Assembly: GCA_963828255.1 (NCBI GenBank)
Contig: CAWHDZ010000017.1
Location: forward strand, 64,001 to 128,000
Reading direction: 5' to 3'
Source: an uncultured delta proteobacterium
Lineage (GTDB): Bacteria; Myxococcota; Myxococcia; Myxococcales; Anaeromyxobacteraceae
Length of the DNA: 64,000 nt
Shown piece by piece: positions 1 through 8,213 of the stretch. How positions within the stretch are numbered: the first letter of the stretch is position 1; every line of letters begins with the position of its first letter. The notes beneath the pieces were generated by a model that was not told the origin of the DNA, did no database searches, and was given only the letters and a program-made list of their open reading frames with translations. The position numbers and the translations under genes are program-made.

Positions 1-415
1 AGTCCACCTCGTCGAGGATCTCCTCCAGGATCACCTGACGCTCGACATCGATCTCGCGCAGAAGCGGGTGGCTGACCAGGTCCGCGATGACGTCGATGCC
101 GGTCCCGAGCCCCGCCGGGTGGAGTGACGTGTAGAAGCAGGTGTGGTCGCGGGCGGTCATGGCGTTCATGCTCCCGCCCGCCGCCTCGACCGCCGCGTTC
201 ATGGCGCGGCTGTCCGGGTAGCCGCGGCTGCCGCGGAACAGCAGGTGCTCCACGAAGTGGCTCACTCCGTTCGCCTCGGGCTCCTCGTGGCGAGACCCCA
301 CCCGGACGTAGAGCGCCAGCATGGCCGAGTGGAGGCCGGGCGTACGCGCCACCACCACCCGGGCGCCGTTGGCGAACCGGGCGCGCTGCCCCATTGGAAA
401 TGGGCCCTCCGCCAT
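1..415 (-). CDS. M16 family (pitrilysin/insulinase-like) zinc peptidase, 5' part; runs off the window
   Basis: Manual translation MAEGPFPMGQRARFANGARVVV...LYVRVGSRHEEPEANGVSHFVEHLLFRGS shows the inverted zinc motif HxxEH and the GSRxE motif of M16 peptidases. Confidence 0.9.
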   Translation of the reverse strand, partial: MAEGPFPMGQRARFANGARVVVARTPGLHSAMLALYVRVGSRHEEPEANGVSHFVEHLLFRGSRGYPDSRAMNAAVEAAGGSMNAMTARDHTCFYTSLHPAGLGTGIDVIADLVSHPLLREIDVERQVILEEILDEVD

Positions 416-471
416 GGGAGAGCGGCCCCTCAGGGGATCCCGGAACCGCCGCGATCTCGGCTTCGTCGGCT

Positions 472-1998
472 TCACGCTGTCACCGTCTCCTCGCTGCCGG
501 CGACGTCCGCTGGCGCAGGCGGGATGCATACCGAGAAAGTGGTTCCTCGGCTCACCTCGCTTTTGCATCGGATCGTCCCGCCGTGTTCCTTGACGACCTG
601 CAAGGTGAACGCCAGGCCGAGACCGGTCCCTCCCGACTTCGTGGAAAAGAACGGTTCGAAGATTCTCTCCAGTTGTTCCGCGGGGATGCCCGATCCGGTG
701 TCCGACACCGTCACCTCGGCGCCACCGTCCGCGGAACGGGCGGTCCGGACGGCGACCGTCCCCCCGCCGGGCATGGCCTCCCGGCTGTTGCGGAGCAGGT
801 TCAGGAACACCGCCCGCAGCTGCCCCTCGTCGGCCCAGACCGCCGGGAGTTCCGAGGAGAAGTCGCGCGTCACCACCACCCCGGCGGCGGCCATCTCCGG
901 GGCCACGAAGTCCACGAGCCCCCGGAGGATCTCGTTCAGGTCCTCGCGCGCCATCACCGGACGGGGGAGCCGGGCGAAGCGCAGGTACTCCTCGGCGACC
1001 GCGTTCAGGCGGTCCACCTCGCGGGTGATGGCGCCGAGGAGCGCCCGGGCCTCGGTGGAAGCCCCCGGCTCGAGCTCCTCGGCGAGCAGCTCGGCGTTCA
1101 GCCCGAGGGAGTTCAGCGGGTTGCGGATCTCGTGGGTGATGTGGGCCGAGATCCGCCCCACCGCGGCCAGCCGCTCGGCCCGGAGCAGTTCCTGCCGCTG
1201 CCGGTCCAGCGAGGCTGCCATGGCGTTGAACTCACGGGCCAGGACGCCGAGCTCGTCGCTCCCCCGGACCTCGACCTGCCGGGTGAGGTCGCCGGAGGCC
1301 ACCACCTTGACCCCCTCCGTGAGTGTCCGGATGGGGGCGAGGAGCCGCTGCGAGATGAGCGCCGCCCCGATGCCCACGAAGAGGGCCAGCAGCGCGTAGA
1401 TGACGATGGAGAGAGCCGTTCGCGACTCCTCCCGGCCGGCTGCGAGGACGAGCTCGCTCGTGTGGCTCTCCAGCGCGGCCTGGAGCAGCTTCACGTCGAG
1501 GGCGAGCGCCTTCTCCATGGTCCGGGCGGTCTGGATGGCCGCCTCCGGCGGCGCCTCCCCGGCCTCGGCCGCGTCGAGGAGCGCGCGGGCAGCGGCGTCA
1601 TAGCGGGACCAGGAGGCGTCGAGGGAGTCGAGCCGCCCCACCACCTCGGCGAGGAAGGCGCCCTCGTCGCCGGAGGCCACACCCCTGGCCCGGCCGGCCA
1701 CCGCGCGCCCCTCGGCGATCTTCTCCCGCACCAGCGAGGGGAAGCGGGCGCGGGCCAGCGGGACGAGCGCGCGGCGGGAGGCCGGGTCGAGCACGCCGGC
1801 CTCCAGGACACGCGTGGCAACCCAGTCCTTCACGTCGATCTGGGCGGCGATCCGGGTGAGGGGCAGGTACCCCTCCGACAGGAGCCTGAGCTTCCGGCCC
1901 AGGTCGTGGAGCCGGGAGATCCCGAAAGCCGAGACCAGGGCGAAGGCGAGGAGCGACACCCCGAAGGCGAGGAAGATCTTGGTGGCGACGCTGCGCAA
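472..1998 (-). CDS. Membrane sensor histidine kinase (2 TM, HAMP, HisKA, HATPase)
   Basis: C-terminal part of ORF 472..2808: H-box ITHEIRNPL, N-box NLLRNS, DTGSGI, FEPFFSTK, GTGLGL; HAMP DELGVLAREFN. Start inferred at TTG 1998. Confidence 0.9.
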   Translation of the reverse strand: MRSVATKIFLAFGVSLLAFALVSAFGISRLHDLGRKLRLLSEGYLPLTRIAAQIDVKDWVATRVLEAGVLDPASRRALVPLARARFPSLVREKIAEGRAVAGRARGVASGDEGAFLAEVVGRLDSLDASWSRYDAAARALLDAAEAGEAPPEAAIQTARTMEKALALDVKLLQAALESHTSELVLAAGREESRTALSIVIYALLALFVGIGAALISQRLLAPIRTLTEGVKVVASGDLTRQVEVRGSDELGVLAREFNAMAASLDRQRQELLRAERLAAVGRISAHITHEIRNPLNSLGLNAELLAEELEPGASTEARALLGAITREVDRLNAVAEEYLRFARLPRPVMAREDLNEILRGLVDFVAPEMAAAGVVVTRDFSSELPAVWADEGQLRAVFLNLLRNSREAMPGGGTVAVRTARSADGGAEVTVSDTGSGIPAEQLERIFEPFFSTKSGGTGLGLAFTLQVVKEHGGTIRCKSEVSRGTTFSVCIPPAPADVAGSEETVTA

Positions 1999-2067
1999 GG
2001 CGGGAATGTAACCCGTCGCCGGTCCGCCTTGCCAAGAGGTCGGCCCCGGCGATAGCTTCGTCCCCCC

Positions 2068-2982
2068 ATGACCGGCATCCTCCTCTTCATCTCCCTCGCC
2101 GCCGTCCTCGCGGCCGTCTACTTCTTCGCCTCCCACCGGACCTCGAGCGGCCAGCTGGCCAGCAAGGAGGAGGCGCTCCGCAAGCTCGAGGAGCAGGCGG
2201 CCAGCGCCACGAAGGAGGCCGCCGCCCTCCGGATCGAGGCGAGGGAGCGGCGCGACGAGGCCGCCCAGTTCCGCGATCAGCTGAAGGAGGCCAAGAAGAA
2301 GGCCTTCGACCAGGCCGAGTCGGTGAAGAAGGCCGCCGGCGCGCCGGCGCTGCGCGAGGAGATCGAGAAGCTCTCGACGAGGCTCGCCGACGCGCGGGCC
2401 GAGGCCTCCGCCGCGGCGGAGCGGGCCCGCGCCCTCGAGGCCCAGGCGGCCAGCGCGGCCCGGGAGCTGGAGCGCGGACGCGCCGAGGCTGCTGCAGCGG
2501 TCGAGAAGGCCCGGGCCCAGGCCCTGCAGGCGGCCCAGGCCGCAGCCGAGCCGCTGTCGGCGCCCCCGCCTCCGGCCGGCCCCGACGAGGCGCAGCTGCG
2601 GGCCGACAAGGACCGGGCCGACAAGGCCGAGGCGAAGCTCGTCGAGGTCCGCAAGAAGGCGGCCGAGATGGAGCGCGACCTCAAGGCCGCCAAGGGACGG
2701 CTCGAGACCGACAAGCGCGTCTACATGGTGCAGAAGGGCGAGCTCGACATCGCCAAGGACCGCTACCTGGAACTGAAGCGGCGCCACGACGCGCTCCGCA
2801 AGGAGCACGAGGAGCTCATCGACGCCGTCCGCCAGGCCGCCCGCGAGGAGCGGAAGGCCCAGGAGGCCGCGGGCGCTCTGGCCTCCGTCCCGGCTGCGGC
2901 CACGCCGCCCGCCGCGCCGCCCGTCGTGCCGCCCCCCGCGCCGGCGGAGGCGCTCCCGGCGTCCCCGCCCGCGGGCGAGTAG
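2068..2982 (+). CDS. Membrane-anchored coiled-coil hypothetical protein with Pro/Ala-rich tail
   Basis: N-terminal hydrophobic helix followed by long E/K/A-rich heptads; codon usage typical of the host; 23 bp upstream of the WYL pair. Confidence 0.75.
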   Translation: MTGILLFISLAAVLAAVYFFASHRTSSGQLASKEEALRKLEEQAASATKEAAALRIEARERRDEAAQFRDQLKEAKKKAFDQAESVKKAAGAPALREEIEKLSTRLADARAEASAAAERARALEAQAASAARELERGRAEAAAAVEKARAQALQAAQAAAEPLSAPPPPAGPDEAQLRADKDRADKAEAKLVEVRKKAAEMERDLKAAKGRLETDKRVYMVQKGELDIAKDRYLELKRRHDALRKEHEELIDAVRQAAREERKAQEAAGALASVPAAATPPAAPPVVPPPAPAEALPASPPAGE

Positions 2983-3005
2983 GGACAGGGGAAGCCCTTC
3001 GCCCC

Positions 3006-4019
3006 ATGCAGAAGGCGGAGCGACTCCTCGACCTGGCGGCCCTCCTGCTGCGCGCCTCGGAGCCGGTCTCCTGGCGCGAGATCCAGGAGCAGTTCCCCGA
3101 GGACTACGGCGGCAGCGGCGAGGCGGCCATCCGCAAGTTCGAGCGGGACAAGGCCGAGTTGCTCGAGCTGGGGATCCCCGTCCGCTGGCTGGGCGGCGAC
3201 GAGGACCTCCCGGCCGGCTACCTGGTGGACAAGGAGGACTTCTACCTCCCCGACCTCAAGCTGCCCCCCGAGGACCTGGCGCTCCTCTACCTGGCCGGCT
3301 CGGCGGCGCTGGCGCAGCGCGCCTTCCCCTACGCGCGCGACCTGGCCCACGCCATGAACAAGCTCTCCTTCGCGGCGCGCGCACCGGGCGCCTCGGAGGT
3401 CGCGGCGGTGGCCTCGCTCCAGCTCTCTGCCGACGATGCGGACCAGGCCTCCCGGGCCGAGTCCTCGGCGCGGCTCGAGGCCCTCTCCATCGCGGTGGCC
3501 GGAAAGAAGCGGGTGCACCTGGTCTACGCCGGCGCCGAGCGGCAGGCCCGCACCGAGCGTGACGTGGAGCCCTACGGCCTCTACCAGCGGGGCGGCGCCT
3601 GGTTCGTGACCGGGTTCTGCACGCTGCGCCAGGACATCCGCAGCTTCCACCTGGGGCGGATCGTTTCGCTCACGGTGAACCCTGCAGCGCCGCGGACCCC
3701 CGACTTCGAGCCCCGCGAGGGCTTCTCGCTGGCCGAGCTCGCCACCCGCGAGTCCTGGGAGTTCGGCGTCCACGCCCCGGTGCGCTGCCGGGTGCGGCTC
3801 GACGGCCCGGCCAGCCCCGAGGAGCGCGACTCCTTCGGGCCGCGGGCCACCTGGAAGGAGTCGGACGGGCGGTCCGTGGCCGAGGTGATGGCCACCAACC
3901 AGGAGGCCTTCCTGCGCCACGTGCTCTCCCTGGGCGACCGGGCCGAGATCCTGGCGCCCCGTCCGCTGCGCGAGCGGGCCCGCAAGGTGCTGGCGTCGCT
4001 GGCCCGGAGGGTCTCGTGA
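3006..4019 (+). CDS. pafB: PafB-like HTH-WYL-WCX transcriptional regulator
   Basis: ERLLDLAALL...RKFERDKAELLELGIP N-terminus typical of PafB; WYL core R-x-V-E-P-Y...WFVTGFC..R.DIRSFHLGRI; WCX end LSLGDRAEILAP. Confidence 0.8.
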   Translation: MQKAERLLDLAALLLRASEPVSWREIQEQFPEDYGGSGEAAIRKFERDKAELLELGIPVRWLGGDEDLPAGYLVDKEDFYLPDLKLPPEDLALLYLAGSAALAQRAFPYARDLAHAMNKLSFAARAPGASEVAAVASLQLSADDADQASRAESSARLEALSIAVAGKKRVHLVYAGAERQARTERDVEPYGLYQRGGAWFVTGFCTLRQDIRSFHLGRIVSLTVNPAAPRTPDFEPREGFSLAELATRESWEFGVHAPVRCRVRLDGPASPEERDSFGPRATWKESDGRSVAEVMATNQEAFLRHVLSLGDRAEILAPRPLRERARKVLASLARRVS

Positions 4020-4981
4020 CCCGCAAGGCCGCACCGGTCAAGGCCGACGCCCGGGACCGGCTGCGCCGGGTGCTCTTCCTCGTCCCCTACGCGGTCCGCC
4101 ACCCGGGCGTTCCGGTGCGGGAACTGGCCCGCAAGTGCGGGGTCCCTGAGAAGCAGATCCTCGAGGACCTCGACTTCCTGCTCGGGGTGGGCTGCCCCCC
4201 GTTCGCGCCCGACGACTTCCTCGACCTCTACGTGGAGGGGGACCGGGTCCACGTGGCCCTCCACCAGAGCTTCTCCCGCCCGCCGAGATTCACCGAGAGT
4301 GAAGCAGCGGCGCTGGCCGCGGCGGCCCGCGCGCTGGGCGGGGAGGGGACGGAGCGGGTGGTGCGCGCCCTGCGCGAGGCGGTCCCGCGCGACCGGCGCG
4401 CCATCTTCGAGGAGCTGCTCGCCTGCATCTTCGCCGGGTCGCCTCCGGCCAGGGACTCGCTCCTCGGCCGCATCGAGCAGGCCATCGCCGCCCGCCGGGC
4501 CCTGCGCATCCGCTACTTCACCGCCACACGCGGCGAGGAGAGCGAGCGGGTGGTGCACCCGTACACGCTCGCCCAGCGGCTCGGCCACTGGTACCTGTGG
4601 GGGCACGACGAGGGGCGCGGCAAGGCGCTCCCCTTCCGGCTCGACCGCATCCGCGAGTGCGCCGTGGACGAGAAGCGCTTCGAGCCGCCCACCGACGCCG
4701 AGCTGGCGCGGGGCCGCCTCTTCTCGGAGGCCAGCGGCCCCCCGGTCCGGCTGCGGCTCGGACCGGTCGCCGCGGCCTGGGCGCTGGCCCGGCCCGGGCA
4801 GTGGCGGGTGGTGAAGCGCGACCGGAAGGGCGGGGCCGAGGTCGAGGTCCCCGGCGTGAGCGACGAGTGGGCCACGCGCTTCGCCCTGTCGTTCGGAGGT
4901 GACGCCGAGGTGCTGGGCCCCCCGCCGGCCCGGCGCCACTTCGGCGACGCGGTCCGGCGCGCCCTGGCCCGGTATCCGTGA
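4016..4981 (+). CDS. pafC: PafC-like HTH-WYL-WCX transcriptional regulator
   Basis: RLRRVLFLVPY...HPG....LA...GV...QI.EDL.....GCPPF.PDDFLDL N-terminus typical of PafC; literal WYL motif (GHWYLWG), FRLDRI; 4-bp overlap with the upstream gene. Confidence 0.8.
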   Translation: MTRKAAPVKADARDRLRRVLFLVPYAVRHPGVPVRELARKCGVPEKQILEDLDFLLGVGCPPFAPDDFLDLYVEGDRVHVALHQSFSRPPRFTESEAAALAAAARALGGEGTERVVRALREAVPRDRRAIFEELLACIFAGSPPARDSLLGRIEQAIAARRALRIRYFTATRGEESERVVHPYTLAQRLGHWYLWGHDEGRGKALPFRLDRIRECAVDEKRFEPPTDAELARGRLFSEASGPPVRLRLGPVAAAWALARPGQWRVVKRDRKGGAEVEVPGVSDEWATRFALSFGGDAEVLGPPPARRHFGDAVRRALARYP

Positions 4982-5092
4982 AGGTCCCGGTCGGGGGGTA
5001 ATCGCCCCGATGGGTGGCCTTCCGGGCCAAACGGGTGACCCCAGGGTGCGCGCGGACCCGCTCAAGCAGGGCGAAATCCCTGTGCTTTATAT

Positions 5093-5108
5093 CGGCACGG
5101 GCCAAGCA
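5093..5108 (+). promoter_or_regulatory. Putative sigma54 (-24/-12) promoter of the response regulator
   Basis: CGGCACGGGCCAAGCA: GG-N10-GC spacing with GGCACG core, about 23 bp upstream of the start; the -12 element is AAGC rather than TTGC. Confidence 0.45.
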
Positions 5109-5130
5109 CTCGCTCAGGGGTGAGGTGCCC

Positions 5131-5502
5131 GTGGCGCGAGTCCTGATCGTCGATGACGTGGAGATCGTTCGGAGGGCCCTGGTGGTCGGGGTCCAGAAGC
5201 TCGGTCACGAGGCCGAGGGCGCCTCGGACCCGCTGGTCGCCCTGGAACTCGCGCGCCTGCATCCACCCGATCTCGCGCTCGTGGACTACCGGATGCCGGG
5301 GATGGACGGGATCGCCTTCTTCGACGCGATGAAGCACCAGCTGGGCGACAGGTGCCCCAAGGTGCTCTTCGTCTCGGCGACGCCCCTCGACGAGGTCCGG
5401 GAGAAGCTCGTCCCCACGGGGCTCGTGGCGGCCGGCTTCGTGCGCAAGCCCTTCCACCTGGAAGACCTGTGGAAGACCGTGAAGGACGCGCTGGCGAACT
5501 GA
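5131..5502 (+). CDS. Single-domain (CheY-like) response regulator
   Basis: VLIVDD, LVDYRMPGMDG, FVSA, FVRKPF receiver motifs. Confidence 0.9.
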   Translation: MARVLIVDDVEIVRRALVVGVQKLGHEAEGASDPLVALELARLHPPDLALVDYRMPGMDGIAFFDAMKHQLGDRCPKVLFVSATPLDEVREKLVPTGLVAAGFVRKPFHLEDLWKTVKDALAN

Positions 5503-5506
5503 GGCG

Positions 5507-6388
5507 CTACTTCTTCGGAAGCCCCGCCCAGCCGAAGTAGAGATCGGCGACCGCGCACATGTCGTTCGTTCCGTGGCCGGCCTCGATGGCGTCGGCGAAG
5601 AGGCTGCGCACCGCGGCGCTCACCGGCATCTTCGCGCCCTGGTCCGAGGCCGCCTCCTGCGCCAGACGCTGGTCCTTCTCGGCGAGTGCGATGGCGAAGC
5701 GGGGCGTCCAGTCGCGGGCCAGGATCTGCTCCCCCTTCATCAGGAAGAACGGGGAGTGGAAGCTGGAGGCCTGCAGCGTCTCGACCACCTTGGCGACGTC
5801 GAGGCCACCGGAGGCGCCCAGCGCCAGCCCCTCGGCGTAGGCCGCCATCATGGCGCCCCCCACCGAGTTCACCACGAGCTTCATGAGGGCGGCGTCCCGG
5901 GCGTTGTCGAGCTCGATCACCCGCGCCGAGATGGCGCGCAGCGCCGGACGGGCCTTCTCGCGGGCCTCGGCGGGGCCGCCGGCGACGATGGTGAGCTGGG
6001 CCTTCTCGGCGGCGGTCCTGGAGCCGAGCAGGGGAGCCGCGATGAAGGAGGCGCCGCGGGAGCGCACGCGCTCCTCGACCGACTTCGCGCTGCGCACGCC
6101 GGCGGTGGAGACGTCGACGAGCACGGCGCCCTTGCCCAGGCCGGCCAGCGCGCCGCCCGGGCCGTCGAGGACCGCGTCCACGGCCTTCTCGTCGGAGAGG
6201 CACAGGAAGACCAGGTCCTGGCCGGTGGCCGCCTCGCAGGGAGTTGCGGCGCCCTTCGCGCCCTTCTTCACCAGCGGCTCCGACCTCGACGGGGTTCGGT
6301 TCCAGACGGTGACGGTGTGGCCGGACTTGCGAAGGTTGTTGGCCATGGGCGCACCCATGGTCCCCGTTCCAAGGAAGCCAATCTTCAT
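5507..6388 (-). CDS. NAD(P)-dependent beta-hydroxyacid dehydrogenase (3-hydroxyisobutyrate/2-hydroxy-3-oxopropionate reductase family)
   Basis: MKIGFLGTGTMGAPMA, WNRT, VDVST, APLLGS, MKLVVN, KDQRLA motifs. Confidence 0.9.
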   Translation of the reverse strand: MKIGFLGTGTMGAPMANNLRKSGHTVTVWNRTPSRSEPLVKKGAKGAATPCEAATGQDLVFLCLSDEKAVDAVLDGPGGALAGLGKGAVLVDVSTAGVRSAKSVEERVRSRGASFIAAPLLGSRTAAEKAQLTIVAGGPAEAREKARPALRAISARVIELDNARDAALMKLVVNSVGGAMMAAYAEGLALGASGGLDVAKVVETLQASSFHSPFFLMKGEQILARDWTPRFAIALAEKDQRLAQEAASDQGAKMPVSAAVRSLFADAIEAGHGTNDMCAVADLYFGWAGLPKK

Positions 6389-6531
6389 GGTTCGACCCTT
6401 GTAGCCCAAGGGAGCGGGCTGTGAAAGCGCGATCCGACGCCCCGGAGAAGGGGAAACCCCTGGCGTGGCGCGGCGCGCCATGCGACGATCCTTGGCCGCG
6501 TCGAGGGACGCGTGGAGGTCGGAAAGCCCAG

Positions 6532-7749
6532 ATGGAATCCAGGGATGTCGTCGTCGTCGGGGGAGGGGTGAGCGGTCTCTCCTTCGCCTGGCACGCGGCC
6601 CGTTCGGGCCGGAAGGCGCTGGTCCTGGAGGGGAGCGACCGGCTGGGCGGCTGCCTCGACTCCCGGCGGACCGCGGCCGGCTACTGGTACGAGCTGGGCG
6701 CCCACACCTGCTACAACTCCTACGCCGGTCTGCTCGAGATCATCGAGGGCGCCGGCCTGCGCGACCGGATCGTCCCGCGCGGCGAGGCCCGCAAGCGCTT
6801 CGCCTTCCTCCGGGGCGGCGCCATCGACATGCTCGGCCCCATCTCGGTGCTGATGCGCTTCGACAAGGCGGAACTGCTGCGCAACGTCTTCCGTGGCATG
6901 CGCGCCTCGAAGGAGGGGGCCACCACCTGTGGCTGGTACTCCGGCGTGGTGGGGAAGAGGAACTACTCTCGCATCCTCGCCCCCTTCCTCTCGGCCGTGC
7001 CCTCGCAGAGCGTGGACTCCTTCCCCGCGGCGGGCCCGGGCTCCCTCTTCAAGAAGCGGCCGCGGCGCAAGGACGTGGTGAAGAGCTTCACGCTCGACGG
7101 CGGCCTCTCCTCGGTGATCGCGGCTGCGGCGGGCAGCCCCGGCGTCGAGACCCGGACCGGCGCGATCGTTCGCGAGGTCAGGACGGTCGGCGGCGGGTAC
7201 GAGGTCCGGCTCGCCGACGGGAGCTCCTTCCAGGCGCCGGTGGTGTCGGTGGCGGTCCCGCCGTCGATGGCCTCGGCGATGCTGCGCGCCGACTTCCCCG
7301 ACCTCTCGTCCGAGCTGGCCCGCGTCGGGATGGCGGCCACCGAGTCGGTCGGCGTGGTGGTCCGCCGCCAGAAGGTGAAGCTCCCGGAGATGGCCTTCCT
7401 GGTCCCGGACGACGACCTCTTCTGGTCGGCGGTGACGCGCGATCCGGTCCCCGACCCGGACTGGCGCGCCTTCGCCTTCCACTTCAAGACCGGGAAGACC
7501 GACGACGAGCGCCGGGCCCGCATCGCCCAGATCCTCCAGGTGGAGCAGGGCGACTTCGAGGAGGTCACCCGCCGGATGACCTTGCTCCCGTCCCCGGTCC
7601 TCGGGCACGACCGCCTCGTGGGGGAGCTCGACCGGATGCTCTCCGGGTCGCGCCTGGCGCTCACCGGGAACTACTTCGACGGGCTCGCCATCGAGGACTG
7701 CGTGCAGCGGTCCCGCGCGGAGTGGGCGCGGGTCTCGGCGGCGACCTAG
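6532..7749 (+). CDS. FAD-dependent oxidoreductase, protoporphyrinogen oxidase (HemY)-like
   Basis: GGGVSGLS dinucleotide fold, E.SDRLGG, YELGAH, FTLDGGLSS, TGNYFDGLAIEDCV. Confidence 0.75.
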   Translation: MESRDVVVVGGGVSGLSFAWHAARSGRKALVLEGSDRLGGCLDSRRTAAGYWYELGAHTCYNSYAGLLEIIEGAGLRDRIVPRGEARKRFAFLRGGAIDMLGPISVLMRFDKAELLRNVFRGMRASKEGATTCGWYSGVVGKRNYSRILAPFLSAVPSQSVDSFPAAGPGSLFKKRPRRKDVVKSFTLDGGLSSVIAAAAGSPGVETRTGAIVREVRTVGGGYEVRLADGSSFQAPVVSVAVPPSMASAMLRADFPDLSSELARVGMAATESVGVVVRRQKVKLPEMAFLVPDDDLFWSAVTRDPVPDPDWRAFAFHFKTGKTDDERRARIAQILQVEQGDFEEVTRRMTLLPSPVLGHDRLVGELDRMLSGSRLALTGNYFDGLAIEDCVQRSRAEWARVSAAT

Positions 7750-8213
7750 CCGCTCGCCGCGCGCGTCCACTCGAAGAGCCCCGAAAGCCTTCCGGAGAGA
7801 GCGCCCGCGCCGCGGCCGTGGGAGGGAGCCACGAAGACCGTGTCGTCGCCGGCGATGGTGCCGAGGACCCCGGGGAGGCGGGCCAGGTCGATGGCGCGGG
7901 CCACCGCCGGCGCGCTGCCCGGCAGGGTCCGGATCACGACCAGGGAGCCGTTGGTGGCCACCGCCGACACCAGCCCGGCGACGGCGGCGGCGACGGCGGC
8001 CGGCGCCCCGTCTCCGATCTCGTAGAAGGAGCCCTCCGGGCGCGAGACCCGGCGGGCCGAGAGGCGGGCCAGGTCCCGGGAGAGGGTGGCCTGGGTGGCC
8101 CGGATGCCCTGGCGGCGCAGCCCTTCCAGCAGCTCCTCCTGCGTGGAAACCCGTCCGGCCCGCAGGATGCGGGCCACGGCGTCGCGGCGCCGGCTGGCGT
8201 CCCGGGCGCTCAC
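7746..8213 (-). CDS. argR: Arginine repressor
   Basis: TQEEL, ATQATLSRDL, VIRTLPGSA, GTIAGDDT. Confidence 0.95.
   Translation of the reverse strand: MSARDASRRRDAVARILRAGRVSTQEELLEGLRRQGIRATQATLSRDLARLSARRVSRPEGSFYEIGDGAPAAVAAAVAGLVSAVATNGSLVVIRTLPGSAPAVARAIDLARLPGVLGTIAGDDTVFVAPSHGRGAGALSGRLSGLFEWTRAASG

Noticed and set aside
3006..4981. WYL genes as markers of a CRISPR or defence island
   Set aside because: There are no cas genes, arrays, toxins or restriction genes in the window, and the sequences look PafBC-like rather than like defence-associated WYL repressors.
4982..5090. Possible riboswitch upstream of the response regulator (short hairpins such as CAGGG-CGAAAT-CCCTG)
   Set aside because: No match to a riboswitch consensus I recognise; short GC-rich stems are expected by chance.
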